From Eledone cirrhosa (Eukaryota): a stretch of 64,000 nucleotides of DNA. The translations under genes were made by a program, and so were the position numbers. The stretch covers positions 11,594,001 to 11,658,000 of the forward strand of contig OZ024755.1 in NCBI GenBank assembly GCA_964016885.1, written 5' to 3'. The notes below the pieces were generated by a model that saw only the letters and a list, made by a program, of their open reading frames with translations, had not been told where the DNA came from and made no database searches. Shown here in pieces: positions 1 through 13,455 of this stretch. How positions within the stretch are numbered: position 1 is the first letter of the stretch; the number at the start of each line of letters is the position of its first letter.

Positions 1-322
1 CACTGCTATGTAAGTAGGTAGGTAGGTCCTTAAATAGATGATGGAAAGAAATACACAGACTTACGCACACACACATAAACCCACTCATGTGTGTAGAGGT
101 GGGGGTTGTGAGTGTGGTGTGCGTGTGTGTGTGTGTGTGTAGACAGATAAATAAATATTTAGATATTGAGAAAAATAGACGGCATAAATATTAGTTTCTT
201 CACGGGTGGGATTATTTCTTTAATATAAACTATGTTGGTATCCTTTAAATAAACTGATCATATCAAGACAAAGTTGGGATTATCTCTTAACTACCCTACA
301 CAACACTACAGAGAACTGCTGA

Positions 323-450
323 AGGTGGTGATGTGGGAGACTCGTTAGAACGTCGGATAGGATTTAGAGTATTCGTTCCGGAATCCTGCGGGCTGAGTTC
401 AAATTCCGCTGACGTCAGCTTTGTCTTTCGATTTCATGAAATAAAGTAAC
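323..450 (+). mobile_element. Degraded copy of the main tRNA-derived SINE
   Basis: Has a B-box-like 'ctgagttcaaattccgc' followed by 'ctttgtctttc...aaataaagta', a diverged match to the intact copies. Confidence 0.5.
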
Positions 451-1595
451 GGTCCTGTGCAATGGGCTATTCCATTCTCTCTCTGAATATGTACTTCTTC
501 CTCTTGTTTATTTGTATTGTTTCCTTAATATATATATATATATTCATTCACACGTGTATGTGTTCCATTTTTTTAGATCAACGGGACAGCTTGCCCGTGA
601 ATTTAATGTGCAAATGGCTGAGCAGTCCACAGACACGTGTAACATTAACACAGTTCTAATGGAGATTCAGCTTGTCACAGTGGCAAGGCTGGTCCTTTAT
701 ATTACAGGTTCTCCGCAGTTTTGACTCAATAAATGATATTGAGTGGAATAATTTATTATGAATAGCTGAAATTTTGCTGTATATAGGTTTAATTTTTTTT
801 GCTCATCTGGCAAGGGTAAACACCGTAAACGAGTACTACATTGTGATTCCCTCACCCAAACCCCACGAAATAATTCCCCTATCCATCCAAAATCAGTTCA
901 GTAAACTGAGAGGTTGATTGGTTGGAACAACGGCGTATTTGGTACATGGTTAGTGTTATGGGTTGCAAGTATTGAAAAGATGAAGGTAAGTGTTTATAAT
1001 AAAATAAATCTTAACCTTCAAACCCAAACAAATAGCGAAATATATCATCGAATCAAAAAGCAGCACTGAGTCACATCCAATAATTTTTTTACGACTTCAA
1101 CGTAAAATCAAAAAAAAAAAGAAAAAGAAAAAACTATGAATATAAATGTTTTTACATAGAAATTATTATATTATCTATTCTACAATATTTTCCAATATAT
1201 TCATTTTATTATAACCTTATTTCTTTTCACTTTGAAATATTTGTCGAAATATAGGTAGTCTATAGCAACGGATGAAGATTATGAGTTTGTAGATAAAATT
1301 TGAAACATTTTTTTGTTATATCTTTTTCGCTATTCAAACTTATATAAAGGACATTGTGTTAATGTATAAAATTTATCACATTATTCATACTATTCACTTT
1401 TCAACCTGAAATTGGAAGGAATATTGAAGAAATTTCCCAGTTTATGTTTAACCAACTACAAATGCAAAGCGAAAGTGTTCAGCAAACGAAGGCATTATTG
1501 AAGCGAATCGTAATATAATGAAAATATATAATTTTTTTTAATTAAATATTTTTTAAAAAATTTGATCTACATGATTATAATACATTATTAAGAAG

Positions 1596-1925
1596 AATTG
1601 GCATAGTTACGTCCCTTTACGATCTGAGTTCAAATCCCGCCGAGTTTGACTTAGCCTTTCATCCTTACGAGGTCGATAAAATAAAGTACCAGTAATGCAC
1701 TGGGTAATTGCTGGCCTTGTGCCTAAAGTAGAAACAATTATTAAGAAGAATTGGCAGTATCGGTAGAGGGTTGGACGCCATACTTTCTAGCATGGTTACG
1801 TCCCTTTACGGTCTGAGTTCGAATCCCATCGAGGTTAACTTTGCCTTTCATGCCTACGGGATCGATAAAATAAAGTATCAGTAATGTACTGGGTAATTGC
1901 TGGCCTTGTACCAAAAGTAGAAACA
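1596..1925 (+). mobile_element. Tandem pair of main SINE copies (about 1596-1736, internally deleted; about 1749-1925, near full length)
   Basis: Both contain 'gagttc(a/g)aatccc...gcctttcat(c/g)c(c/t)tacg...tcgataaaataaagta...gtagaaacaa'. The 11-mer 'attattaagaa' occurs at 1584, 1737 and 1926. Confidence 0.9.
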
Positions 1926-2530
1926 ATTATTAAGAAATTTATGAGGAAATAAAGTCGGGTACGGAATGGGCACTAAACTGTAATTATACCAAATAATCAA
2001 TATTAATTGAGAAGCAAGAGATCAATTATAAAAAAAAAACCCAACGAATATTATTTACTTAGTAGAAATAGAAACCAATTCATCCGCAAGCCACAGACTA
2101 CTGTCTTGTATGTAAGGAAAGACAGATAGTGTAATGCTACAAAGTCTTAAAGTATGTTATGATTCCGATTGGAACAAGTTATGATCGCGTGACTGACACA
2201 CTAATTACTAAGCCATGCTCCCCCATCACCACACCCGCCACCACCACCACCACCCACATCCTAGTGGCAAACAACTCCACGGAAATAATAGTGGTAAAGT
2301 ACTCCTCGGAAACCCTAGTAGTAAACAACTTCACGGAAATCCTAATACAACCGGATGTTATAATTCCAGGAAAAGTTCAGAAAAACCTCGTAAAATAGTA
2401 GTTGTTTTGTATTTCACGAACTGAATGCGCATCGTCGCATCTGATGGAGGATCCATCATCTTTATCATGTTCATAGGATCATTTTCAGGAAGAGAAATTA
2501 GCAAAAATCGTATACCCACAAACCAAATCC

Positions 2531-2778
2531 ACCACCATCACCACTACTGCCAACAACACCACCACTACCAACAAGACCACCACCACAACTACCAACACCA
2601 ACAACAGAAATAACAACAGTCCCATCATCAACAAAATTCCTATCAGCAACAATACTAACAAGAACAACCACATCAACATCAACAACAGCTGCAGCATCAC
2701 GATCAACATCGACGATAGCAACCACATCACCACCACCAATAGCAACAACAACAACTGTACTAACAACAACAAACACAA
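2531..2778. repeat. Degenerate (CAC/CAA)n trinucleotide repeat
   Basis: Runs of caccaccac/caacaac. This explains the poly-H/Q and poly-V/L ORFs. Confidence 0.85.
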
Positions 2779-3320
2779 CTTAGACGTAATTAATTTTTAT
2801 ACTTTCAGGAAGAAATAGGAAAACTTACGATGAACTCTCCTCTATTTCTTCCTTACAGCAGAAAATTAATTAAGTTGTGGCCCCTGGCTCTTTTTTGTTT
2901 TATTATTTGTTCTTAAAATCGTTTCGATATCATTCCCTCCACGCTGAGCCAGCTTTAACTCTAAATTACATTGGGTTGTGTGTATGTGTGTGTGGTGTGT
3001 GTGGTGTGTGTGTGTGTGGTGTGTGTTTTCTCTTAACGGCTATCTATATTTCTTTCGTTCTTCTTTCCTTGCTTGCTTTTGTATATGAGCGCGTCACACA
3101 CACACACACACACTTATGTAAACATGGAATGACCACAATGCAGATAACTACAATAAAAGCTATTAGGTATAAATATGAGCTTAATAATTTCGGGTAAAAT
3201 ACCATTAAAGACGGAAAATGGTGAACATAAGAGAGATATGTGTTTCGTTTTCCCAGCAGAGGTCTATGTTCCTATTTTCTATATCTTAGGGTACTCTACA
3301 AACATACACACATTATAGAC

Positions 3321-3686
3321 GATTGGCAGTATCGGTAGAGGGTCGGACGCCATGCTTTGACGCATAGAGTTACAGCCCTTGCCATTCTCAGTTCAAATCC
3401 CGCCGAGGTTAACATTGCTTTCCATCCTTACGGGGTCGATACAATAAAGTACCAGTAATGCACTGAGTAATTGCTGGCCTTGTGCCAAAAAGTAGAAACA
3501 ATTATATAAATATATATATAATGGGCAGTGAATTAGCAGTATCGGCAGCAAAGAGTTATGGCCCCTTATGGTCTGAGTTCAAATCCCGCCGAAGTTAACT
3601 TTGCCTTCCATCCTTACGGGGTCGATAAAATAAAGTACCAGTAATACACTGGATTAATTGCTGGCCTTGTGCCAAAAGTAGAAACA
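3321..3686 (+). mobile_element. Two main SINE copies (3321-3501; 3523-3686 with a deletion in the tRNA-like head)
   Basis: A-box-like 'tggcagtatcggtaga', B-box 'gttcaaatccc', central 'catccttacggggtcgata', tail 'gtagaaaca'. Confidence 0.9.
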
Positions 3687-3688
3687 GT

Positions 3689-3741
<53 letters not shown>

Positions 3742-3777
3742 GTTTCAGAAGATCCCGTTAAGGGTGAAAGCAGCGAT
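3742..3777 (+). ncRNA. Truncated hammerhead-like motif, family H
   Basis: gttt-CAGAAGA-tccc gttaa gggt-GAAA-gcagcgat. Nearly identical to the reverse complement of 55891-55926. Confidence 0.45.
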
Positions 3778-3877
3778 ATATATTGGTTAGGCTGAGTTCC
3801 AGGATCCATGTTAGTGTTATAGACCCAATTCCAGCCCAAAATCTGGTCATCTGGCTCGTTAATGAAGTAAAACCAGA

Positions 3878-3919
<42 letters not shown>

Positions 3920-4261
3920 CATATTGTTCATTTATGTTCAAACACGGACAAACGTGCTACCCAAGGTTTCAAGGCCCAAATTTGACCATACTTCCAGAAT
4001 AAAAGAGGCATCAAATTTGTGATCTTTCTTCCGGCGATTATACGAGCTGAAGAAAGGCCACACATTTGATATCTCTTACACACACACAAATATCTATATA
4101 AGCATACCTGTTGCTTGGGTTTGTGTGATAAACACACTAAACATGCTCTGATTTAAGGAATTATTTGTTATTAACGAAGCTTCCTCCACGTTATATTAAG
4201 GTTGTTTTGATATGGCAACAGCGTTGGTGTAACTTCGAAATAAAGACACTTTATTAATAGC

Positions 4262-4885
4262 GCACACACACACACACACAAGCATATATAGATATATAGA
4301 TATATATAGATATATATAGATATATATATATATAGATATATATAGATATATAGATATATATATAGATATATATATATGTAAGTATGTATGTATACGTACA
4401 TACATATATGTATACAGACGTACAGTAGCATGCATATATATATATATATATATATACATATATATACACATATGCATACAGGGACACATACATATATGCA
4501 CGCATCAGTTTAGCTGACGTTTATTATAACGCAGCTTTGTTCGCTTGTTTGTCAACAAACAGAACAGCCTGAATTTATGCCATACGGTGTTAAGGCAACC
4601 ACGTCACCTTTTTGTTCAACACTGACACAGGAACGATGTACTAGTTTCAAGCTTGTTAGCTATCATCAGCACCGTTTACCCATCTGCCAGATAGTTGAAC
4701 GTTCGAAAGTATATACTTTCCTTATGAATATATATATATAGATATATAGATATATATATAGATATATATATAGATATATATATAGATATATATATAGATA
4801 TATATATAGATATATATATAGATATAGATATAGATATATATCTCTCTCTATATATATATAGATATATATATATAGAGATATATAT

Positions 4886-4938
<53 letters not shown>

Positions 4939-5005
4939 TATATATATATATATATATATATATAGATATAGATATATATATATATATATATATATATAGA
5001 TATAT
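4262..5005. repeat. (CA)n/(TA)n/(TAGA)-interrupted microsatellite with a unique island at about 4500-4727
   Basis: Read directly from the sequence. Confidence 0.9.
4632..4676 (-). ncRNA. Minimal type-I hammerhead ribozyme motif, family A (near-canonical)
   Basis: Minus strand: AACGGUG-CUGAUGA-u AGCU aaca AGCU u-GAAA-CUAG-UA-CAUCGUU. It has a 7-bp stem I (one G-U), an intact core, a palindromic stem III (ACUAGU) and a GUA site. AATAAA lies downstream (plus 4520-4525). Confidence 0.8.
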
Positions 5006-5624
5006 TTAGACACAGGGTTTAGTGGTTAGACGTTAATTTCATTAGACGTTAATCTCTTCCATCTTGAAGTCTCGTTGTTGGAACCGATTCCTGACTAACA
5101 GAGTGATTCTCCTTCTTTTATAAGGAACTTGTTGTTGTTGCTTTGGTTTTGCTAGTAAGACTGCGTCGAAAAACTTCCTTACTCCGCAGCCGGGTCTCTA
5201 CTTTGGCAGGGGCCAAATATCTTGCTTTTCCCACTTCCGCTTCCTTTAACAACTACGTTCATAATATTTGAAATCTTCTCTGCTTTCGTCTTCTCATCTT
5301 TTATGCTTTATCTAAGGTTCATCCCTTCCTTTTAGGAGAGACCTCCTCTAGCGACACCCATGGGTCAGGAGGTGGTGTGAAGCCAGGTGGTATGATATGC
5401 TTACCACCCAATGGTGAAAGAGCGTCTTTGACATATACAATATATATATATATATATACATTATACATACATATAAATACATACACATCCCCACATATCC
5501 CAGATCTGGTTATTTTATCGCTCCACGGCTTTGAACATATATATTTATATTTAAAACAACATAACATTCATAAAAGGAAGATGGTATCGAGGGTTTTGGC
5601 AGCCGAATATTTATGAGAACATGC

Positions 5625-5673
<49 letters not shown>

Positions 5674-6148
5674 AACACACGCATATATATATATGAATAC
5701 ACAAAAGCACACACATATATCTAGATATATAAACATAAAAATGTGTGTCTTTGAATGTTAGTTTTATCGTCTTACTGTGTATAGGCAAGATGCATATATT
5801 TAAAATTACGAGTGTAATAAAGAAAAGTAAAGACTATATTGAGAGGAGATAAAGAGAATGATTGACAGGCATACTGATGGGTTAAAACATAGATAACATC
5901 GCTCCAACGTATTCATTCAGTCATTTCATCTTAACGGCAGTATACATACACACATACATACACACATACATACACACACACACACGTACATATATATAAA
6001 TGAGGCATGTTGATGCCTATTTTTTCCATTCTGGGGGCTTCTAGTCCTTGTTATTATTGGACAATGTTCTATAGTAAAAAAAACACACCCAAAGTCACAA
6101 ATTCAATTCAACTATCAAATTCCACGTCGTGTTCTAAACACGTGATAT

Positions 6149-6152
<4 letters not shown>

Positions 6153-6209
<57 letters not shown>

Positions 6210-6280
6210 GAGAGAGAGACAGAGAGAGAGACACAGAGAGACAGAGAAAGAGAGAGAGGCAGATAGATAGGTAGGTAGAT
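6153..6280. repeat. (GA)n/(GACA) microsatellite
   Basis: Read directly from the sequence. Confidence 0.95.
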
Positions 6281-6407
6281 ACCTTAATGAATCTACCACT
6301 ACAACGTTGCATTGAGAGTTCTATCAATATTATCTGTCCCACCTTAAATAGATGTATACCAATAGATGTATACCAATAATACCAATAGATGTATACCAAT
6401 AATACCA

Positions 6408-6522
6408 ATAGTTGAAACGGCAAGAGCTCAGCCGTCGTGTCCTAACTCTTTATAATATAGCCATACTCTACAATCCCAAGTATCGAGTACTCTGTTCAGT
6501 AATGGTCTAACTAATTTTAAAA
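6408..6522 (+). mobile_element. Unclassified short interspersed repeat (family X), copy 1
   Basis: Shares 'ttataatatagc.atactc...atcccaagtatcgagtactctg...atggtctaacta' with 34265-34400. Confidence 0.65.
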
Positions 6523-8910
6523 GGTTCTATCCAGGTGTGTGTGTGTGTGTGTGTATATGACTGAGTCTATGGAGGCGTGTATGTTTTACCGTTTTGATTA
6601 GGCACTCAAGTATAGAGCTCGTGACCTTATATATTTCCAGAGACATCAAGACCGACGGAGAAGATAGGGGATTATGCTCAAATCGTAAATGTGTCCCGAG
6701 GCCCTGCATCAAAATAAACTCCCTCACCGGGCAGTTAATATGCCAGATAGGGGAGTTAAGTCAGGAGTAACGAATGAAGAGTAGTGCCCAATACTTCCAA
6801 ACACAAAGAAACCTGAGAAAATACTGAAAGGCATCTTGCCCAACATTGTAACAATTCAATGAATCTACTTCTCTAGACCAACATTGAGATGGAGAGAGGA
6901 GTTTGTGAGTGATTGTGCGCGCGTATGTATGTGAATGAACATGTGTGTAGGTGTGCGCGCGCGCGTATGTGTGTGTGTGTGAATGAGCACGTGTGTACAT
7001 GTTTAAGTTTATCCATGTAAGTAAACTGGAAATGTACCTTTGAATAAACAGAAATGGATAATATTAGCCCTATTCTGTTCAGGGTCCGATGGTCTTCATT
7101 AAAAATCCTTGCAGTCAAATGACTAAAATCATATAAAAGCAAAACTACACAAACTAAAAGGTCCACATTTCAAATTATATCACCCACAAAGCTAAAATGA
7201 TTTTTGCTATTATTATTATCTGTGATAACATTATCAAGATCGCAGATAAAAAGCAGAGCAACACAGATTTTATTTATTTGTATGTATGTATGATGTATGA
7301 GTGTGTTTGTGTGTGTGTATATGTATGTATGTGTGTGTGTGTGTGTATACTCTCACTCTCATATCCACCAACATATGAACACGAGTTGAGCATCTGTGTG
7401 AAGCAAACCTTTAGAACTAAATCAAAAGTAAGTGAGTGAGTGTGTGAGTGTGTGTGTGTGAGTGTATATATATATATATATATATATATTGTGTATGTAT
7501 ATATATCTACACATGCCTACATATGCGCGTGAGTATGTGTGAAGTAAATGTCACCGTTGACATAATATTTTATCAAATCCCTCCCCGCATTGTTTTTATC
7601 AGTTTGAGTTCGAGATCTTTTGCATGTGACAAGATATGGGTACCAGAGTGTCAGCCAGTGGGACGCTATGATGGGTGGAGGTCATGGCCGGAAGATGGCT
7701 ATCCATAAGTAGGTTTCATTTGCTATCTCTTTATCAACCATTGATTGCTAGAAACTTGGCAACTTGTATACTCTTTCTATTTTTCTTATTTATTCTTATT
7801 TTTATCTGATTACATATTTCGTATCTCTAGGTTTGTCTGTTTGTTTTGTAAGTTATTTATCGTTTCTTGAGGAAGGGTGGGAGCTCTTCGTATTCATTTT
7901 ATTTATCTATTTTTAAGTTGAGATTTCAGGGGTTACGTAGGCGTGAGATATAATGTTATTGACTCTTGTATGACGAAAGGAAACGAAAGGACTTGGTCGT
8001 CAAATTGGACCAAGGAAAATCTGTTTCCATTGGTATTTTCATTGAAGTTACTACTTATCGGTTGTAACCCTTGGAATCAGAAAGCTCAAAACCGAATCAA
8101 ATACTGCAAGTGTTATCTATCGGTTTCTTGGAACGCCGGTGGAGGGGACACTTTCTGTTTTATAGTTAACTATTTGTAAGTATTGAGTTCAGGAAGTATT
8201 GGATTTATGACTTATTTCATCGACTCCTAAAGGATGAAAGAAATAAGGCTGATCGTTAGATTGGAGCCAAACAAAAAAAGAAAAGGAAAACAACGACAAA
8301 CTAAACCTATGTTTTCCTTGCTTGATACTATCTGTTGTCTCGACCCTTGGCAGAACAAGGTGAGATTTGACCTCATGAGAGATATAGAGAGTAAGATAGA
8401 GCCAAACAGACAGGCATGTATGAGTCTACCTGACTATCTCTTTCTCTCCTTTTGTCTTATATGTGTTCCATGAATTCTAAATACAAAAACGAACTAGAAT
8501 AGTTTTGTCATGGCGTGATATTCGTATGATAGACAAACATCCAGTGCAATCATTATTACAGAGATTCTATCAATGCCCTTCCTTTTGATTCACGCGGGTG
8601 AACATTTTTTATTTTGGCAAGAAAAAATGTCACCGAAAACAATGACATATTTAATTTGTATACCACAAAAAAATAATTATAGTAATTAAACAAATGTGTT
8701 AAATAGCTTATTATTGACTATAATACATGACTTGTGCACAATAACAATACAATTTATATAATGGCGTCACATGTATATTAGAGAAAATCTAATTTTCCTT
8801 AACATTTGATTTATAATAATGAAGCCAAACAAATATAAAATTAAATCAGTCTAATTTGAAAAGATTGCTACTACAATGTAGATACATATAACAATAGTTA
8901 CTGTAAATAA

Positions 8911-9256
8911 TTGTTTCTACTTTTGGCACAAGGCCAGTAATTACCCAGTACATAACTGGTACTTTATTTTATCGACCCCGTAAGGATGAAACGCAAAGTT
9001 AACCTCGGCGGGATTTGAACTGAGAATGATAAGGGCCGTAACTCTATGCGTCAAAGCATGGCGTCCGACCCTCTACCGATACTGCCAATTCACCGCCCTT
9101 AGTGTAAATAGTAATTGTAAATAATGGCTTATAATTCAGGCACAAGACAAGCAATTTCTTGGGGGAGGGGAACCGATTAAATCGACCCAAGTGTGTTACT
9201 GGTACTTTATGTTATCGACTCCGCAAGGATGAAAGGCAAAGCTAACTTTGGTGGAA
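8911..9256 (-). mobile_element. Two main SINE copies (8911-9098 full; 9126-9256 partial long-tail variant)
   Basis: Reverse complement of the consensus: 'ttgtttctac...ttatcgaccccgtaaggatgaa...gatttgaact...ccgatactgccaattcaccgccc'. Confidence 0.9.
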
Positions 9257-9343
9257 TATACTTACATGTTTTATTATATATATATATAAATATATATAAT
9301 AAAACAAGGACGAATGGTTACTCCTTCATTAAGTTTATTGGTT

Positions 9344-9426
9344 GGTGACGTGGGTTTCGCTATTGATCGACTGGAGGTTCGATCTGTATCGATCTAGCGC
9401 GGCTCTAATCAATGGCTCGTCGGACC
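9344..9426 (-). ncRNA. Hammerhead-like motif, family B (U4C core, long stem II)
   Basis: Minus strand: GGU-CCGACGA-GCcAUUGAU...AUCAAUaGC-GAAA-C ccac G-UC-ACC, then 'aaccAATAAA' and a (TA)n tract. Confidence 0.6.
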
Positions 9427-9443
9427 TCTGTGGTAGTAATGTG

Positions 9444-9476
<33 letters not shown>

Positions 9477-10104
9477 ATTAGTGTGCGTGTGTAAAATGTT
9501 ATCCCACTGTATACACCGTATATACTCATGTAAAGGTTGGTCCCATTTGAAAGTAGATCCATGTTTTCTTCTCTCTGATATGTTCTAATTTATCGATATC
9601 GCTCCCTCGGGGACAACAGGTCAACATTTGAGAATGAAATATTTATCTGGATATAAATGATGCGAGAAGTTAATGTTTCTACATTATTATGATTTGATAT
9701 ACGGATATGGAAATATTTATAAGAGCTACGCAGCTTTATTTATGTTTTCGTAATAGAAAATCTGATTTGCTAAGTAGAAATATTGGTTATAATATTACAA
9801 TTTATTGGTTTTTTTTTGGTTTTTTTTTGGGTTTATTTAACCTTCTGATTATAGTTTCACTGTTTTGGATTGTAAAGTCAATTTTATCCAACCAAATGTA
9901 ATATTTATGTAATAGTCACTCTACAATATATGTATTTATGTACCAGTAACTCCTGGTGGAAACACAAAGGCGCCATCTTGACATACATAATTTCTTGGGC
10001 TTTTTTTTTAAATGTGGTAAAGCCCATAATCCTCTTCAGGTTTGAATACAACTGATTTCATCAACAGAAGGAAAGAGGGAGACTGATAGAAAGGAATTGA
10101 TAAA

Positions 10105-10275
10105 GTAATATAGAGGAAGGATCGATCCGAGTACCAGATTGGTAATTTTTGTTTATAATCGAACTCGAAAGGACGGATAGTAAATCTGACCTCAACAGTA
10201 TTTGAACTCAGAGAGCTGAAACGGATATCGCAAAGCATTCTACCCGAGCTTCCAACGACTCAGCTAATTCACCAC
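10105..10275 (-). mobile_element. Highly degraded main-SINE-related copy
   Basis: 'aatctgacctcaacagtatttgaactcaga' and 'ctaattcaccac' match the SINE head region. Confidence 0.45.
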
Positions 10276-11772
10276 TTTCTCCCCCAATAATATTTAACCT
10301 CAAGAGAGACTAAAAATTTCACTTTTACATGTATAAATTTTATTATATTCACTCTAGGACATACCATACAAACCTATCTTTTTAAGGATGAAGTGTAACC
10401 ATCCTTTTCAGAATTTCTCAATGGAATTTACCATGCCATAATTTTTAACCTATAGCAACGTAGACGTTTATGTAACACTTGACTTGATTGATGATGCAAA
10501 TTAAGATCTGCTATATTCTTGCATGAACTCTGTCATGTTTTAAACCTGAACTCACAAACCACATACCACATAATAAATTACTTTACTAACTGGATCGGAA
10601 GCGCTTTATTTTGTTTGTGTGTAGGAAATATAGAAGAAAAAATATTACATATATAATTAATTATTGCTGTTATCTCTACGAACAATCCTCCATTTATACA
10701 GATGTAAGCATGGAAAGAAAACATATTACACACGCACAGATATAAACACATGTATATATATGCGTGTGTGTGTGTGTGAAACGGTTATGTCTTGGAAGTC
10801 GCTACACTGCAAGTGGGGTTAATATATTTCGGATATTCCCAATGGATTTCTTGATAATTGATCATTCACCCGAAATATATTGGAACTAATAAATACTTCC
10901 AAGGTAACATTATCTCTGATACTTGTTTTTATTCTTCTTCTCTGCACATCCCACCTCTCTCATTACCAAATTTCGTTGACTTAATATTCACGAACCCACC
11001 TGTATCGTTGTGGCTTCCAAGACATAACCACCTTCCACATTGCTTCAAGCAAACTACAACTATATATATATATACAGGTCTATAAGAAGGCGTATACGAT
11101 ATGTTTATGTATAATAAACGAACGTGGATCTCACTTTGATTTAATCTGCGAACGTGTCACATCTATCACAGTAGCCGGTGATAATGCTAGACATTTAATC
11201 ACTCGTTACAGAGACAAGAATAAACTAAAGCCTATATTTGTTTCTTTTTTGTGTGTATAAAACATCGGCTGGAGATGCTTATTTGCATATAGGGCGAACT
11301 TTACTGATTACGATTAAGTAGCAGTAGCACTGACAGAATGTGTTTCACAATAGGGTTGTATGTGAAATTATATACGATATGTTTATGTATAATATACAGA
11401 CTAAAGTGTCGCTATGAATGTTTTAATATTGATGTCACAGATATATCAGGTGGGAATGCTAGGCAGATATTTCTGGATTCCTTTATCCTTCATTAGTCAC
11501 ATTTGCTCATTTTTTACTGAGACGAGGATAATATTCCATCAAAAGTTACGTTCTTATGGATGGATATTTCTATATGCATAATATGATATGGTCCCTTAAC
11601 TCCTGAGGAAGTCGTAAGGGTGTCGTATAATCACGCGTCGCTTCTAGGGCACTTTTAAACCTGGCTGAGCCCAATCCTCTCCAGGTCTGTATATAGCGTA
11701 TATTTCTTCCAGAGAAGGATAGAAAGAGTAAGAGAATGGAAATGAGAAAGAAACATAGAAGAATGCACTATT

Positions 11773-11829
<57 letters not shown>

Positions 11830-12038
11830 AGTAACACGACAGTTGGTTTACAATACAGAGAACAAATGCTGTCATCTTATAAGGTGAAACATTTGTTCTG
11901 GGTGTGGTAAACTAACTGTCATGTTACTACTTCTACCAAATTCGTCCCATGGACTGCGTGCTCTACTACTACGGATATAATCCTCCAGTGTTCTACCTTT
12001 ATATATATATAGAGATATTTTCTTTATATATATATATA

Positions 12039-12428
12039 AATACATTATCGGAGGAAGCTAATAGCGATACTCCGGCCAAATCCCAACTCACTCAACAAAC
12101 ATTAGGAAATAAGTGAGTATATTCCTAATTAAACGTTCGGGGTGCTAACTAATTGTATTGTGTGGCAAATTGGCTGTATTATTTCATATGAGATATATCA
12201 AATATATCTCTTCCCAGACGGACGTCTCGGAGTGAAAGAGAAAGAGGAAGAGAGAGAGAGAGAGAGAGAAACGAAAAATCAGTGATGCATCGGAACTCAA
12301 TTTATTGTGTTACAATTGTTTCCCCGGCGAACAGCTCGAGGTACGATCCGTGTGTGGATCTACCTGACTCTAGACTCGCAGGTTCCTCGGACACGTCTAT
12401 TGATTTCAGATCATATCCTCTTAGAAGG
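12039..12428 (-). mobile_element. Hammerhead-bearing island (family C) flanked by direct repeats
   Basis: The flanks are 'agagatattttctttatata' (about 12011) and 'agagacattttctttatata' (about 12459). The internal part matches 20981-21110. Confidence 0.55.
12307..12394 (-). ncRNA. Hammerhead-like motif, family C copy 1
   Basis: Minus strand: GUGU-CCGAGGA-aCCUGCGA...UCGcCGGG-GAAA-CAAUUG-UA-ACAC-AAUAAA. Stem III is palindromic (ACAAUUGU). Confidence 0.65.
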
Positions 12429-12462
<34 letters not shown>

Positions 12463-13059
12463 CATTTTCTTTATATATATATATATATATTGCACATCAA
12501 CTAATATCTATCTCATGTATTATTGTACATAAGTGTATGTAGAGTATTTTAATGTTATGTCGTTATAGTTCTAGTGGTGAATAAAAATAATGATATAATA
12601 ATCATATATTACAGTTTTATTTATTCATGTTTCGTTGTGGTGTTAGAATTTTTTGTCTTTGTGACAGTGTAAGAAATAATTATTCATCTTGAAGAATTAC
12701 TTGAATATATGAAGTTAAGATGAAAAGAAAAGAAAGCAAAATAATATTTAATATCATTTTCTACAACCAGAGAATAGACAGAATAAAATAAGACAAAATG
12801 AAAGAAAGAGGAATGGAAAAATTAAATATAAAATAAGATAAAAATGGCCGCCATGAACTATAGTGTATAAAAAAAAAAAAAAAAAAAAAATGAAGAAAAA
12901 AAACGATCAAACAAAACAAAACCACGATTGAGTAGGGGAAATAAATATTTTAAGATATCGAACAAACCCAGCGAAAGAAAACTAAATTATGGAAAATATT
13001 CTATGAAGGAAGTAAAAGTGTAGAGAATATAAAGAAATTCAAATAAACAAGAGAACAGC

Positions 13060-13455
13060 GGCACAAGGCTAGTAATTTGAAGGGAAGAGAAAAGTAGATT
13101 AAAACGAACCAGTACATTACTGGTACTTTATTTGACCTCTGTAAGAATGAAAGGCAAAGCTAACCTCGGTGGGGTTTGAAGTCAGAACTTAAAATGCCGC
13201 AATCAAATACTAGGAAGCATTTTGTCCGACGCACTAATGATTCTGTCAATCCACCACACTTGATAATAATAATAGTTTCTACTTTTGGCACAAGGCCAGC
13301 AATCAACCAGTGCATTACTGGTACTTTATTTTATCGACCCCGTAAGGATGTAAGGCAAAGTTAATCTCGGCGGGATTTGAACTGAAAATGGCAAGGGCCG
13401 CAACTCTATGCGTCAAAGCATGGCGTCCGACCCTCTATCGATGCTGCCAATCCAC
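13060..13455 (-). mobile_element. Two main SINE copies (13060-13259, diverged long-tail; 13274-13455, young)
   Basis: Reverse-complement match to the SINE consensus. Confidence 0.85.

Noticed and set aside
2159-2778. His/Gln/Thr-rich ORFs
   Set aside because: Explained by the CAC/CAA repeat. There is no recognisable domain or convincing exon structure.
5010-5430. Possible RTE-type LINE 5' fragment (also 26100-26420)
   Set aside because: Only a compositional impression. No motif could be supported without a search.
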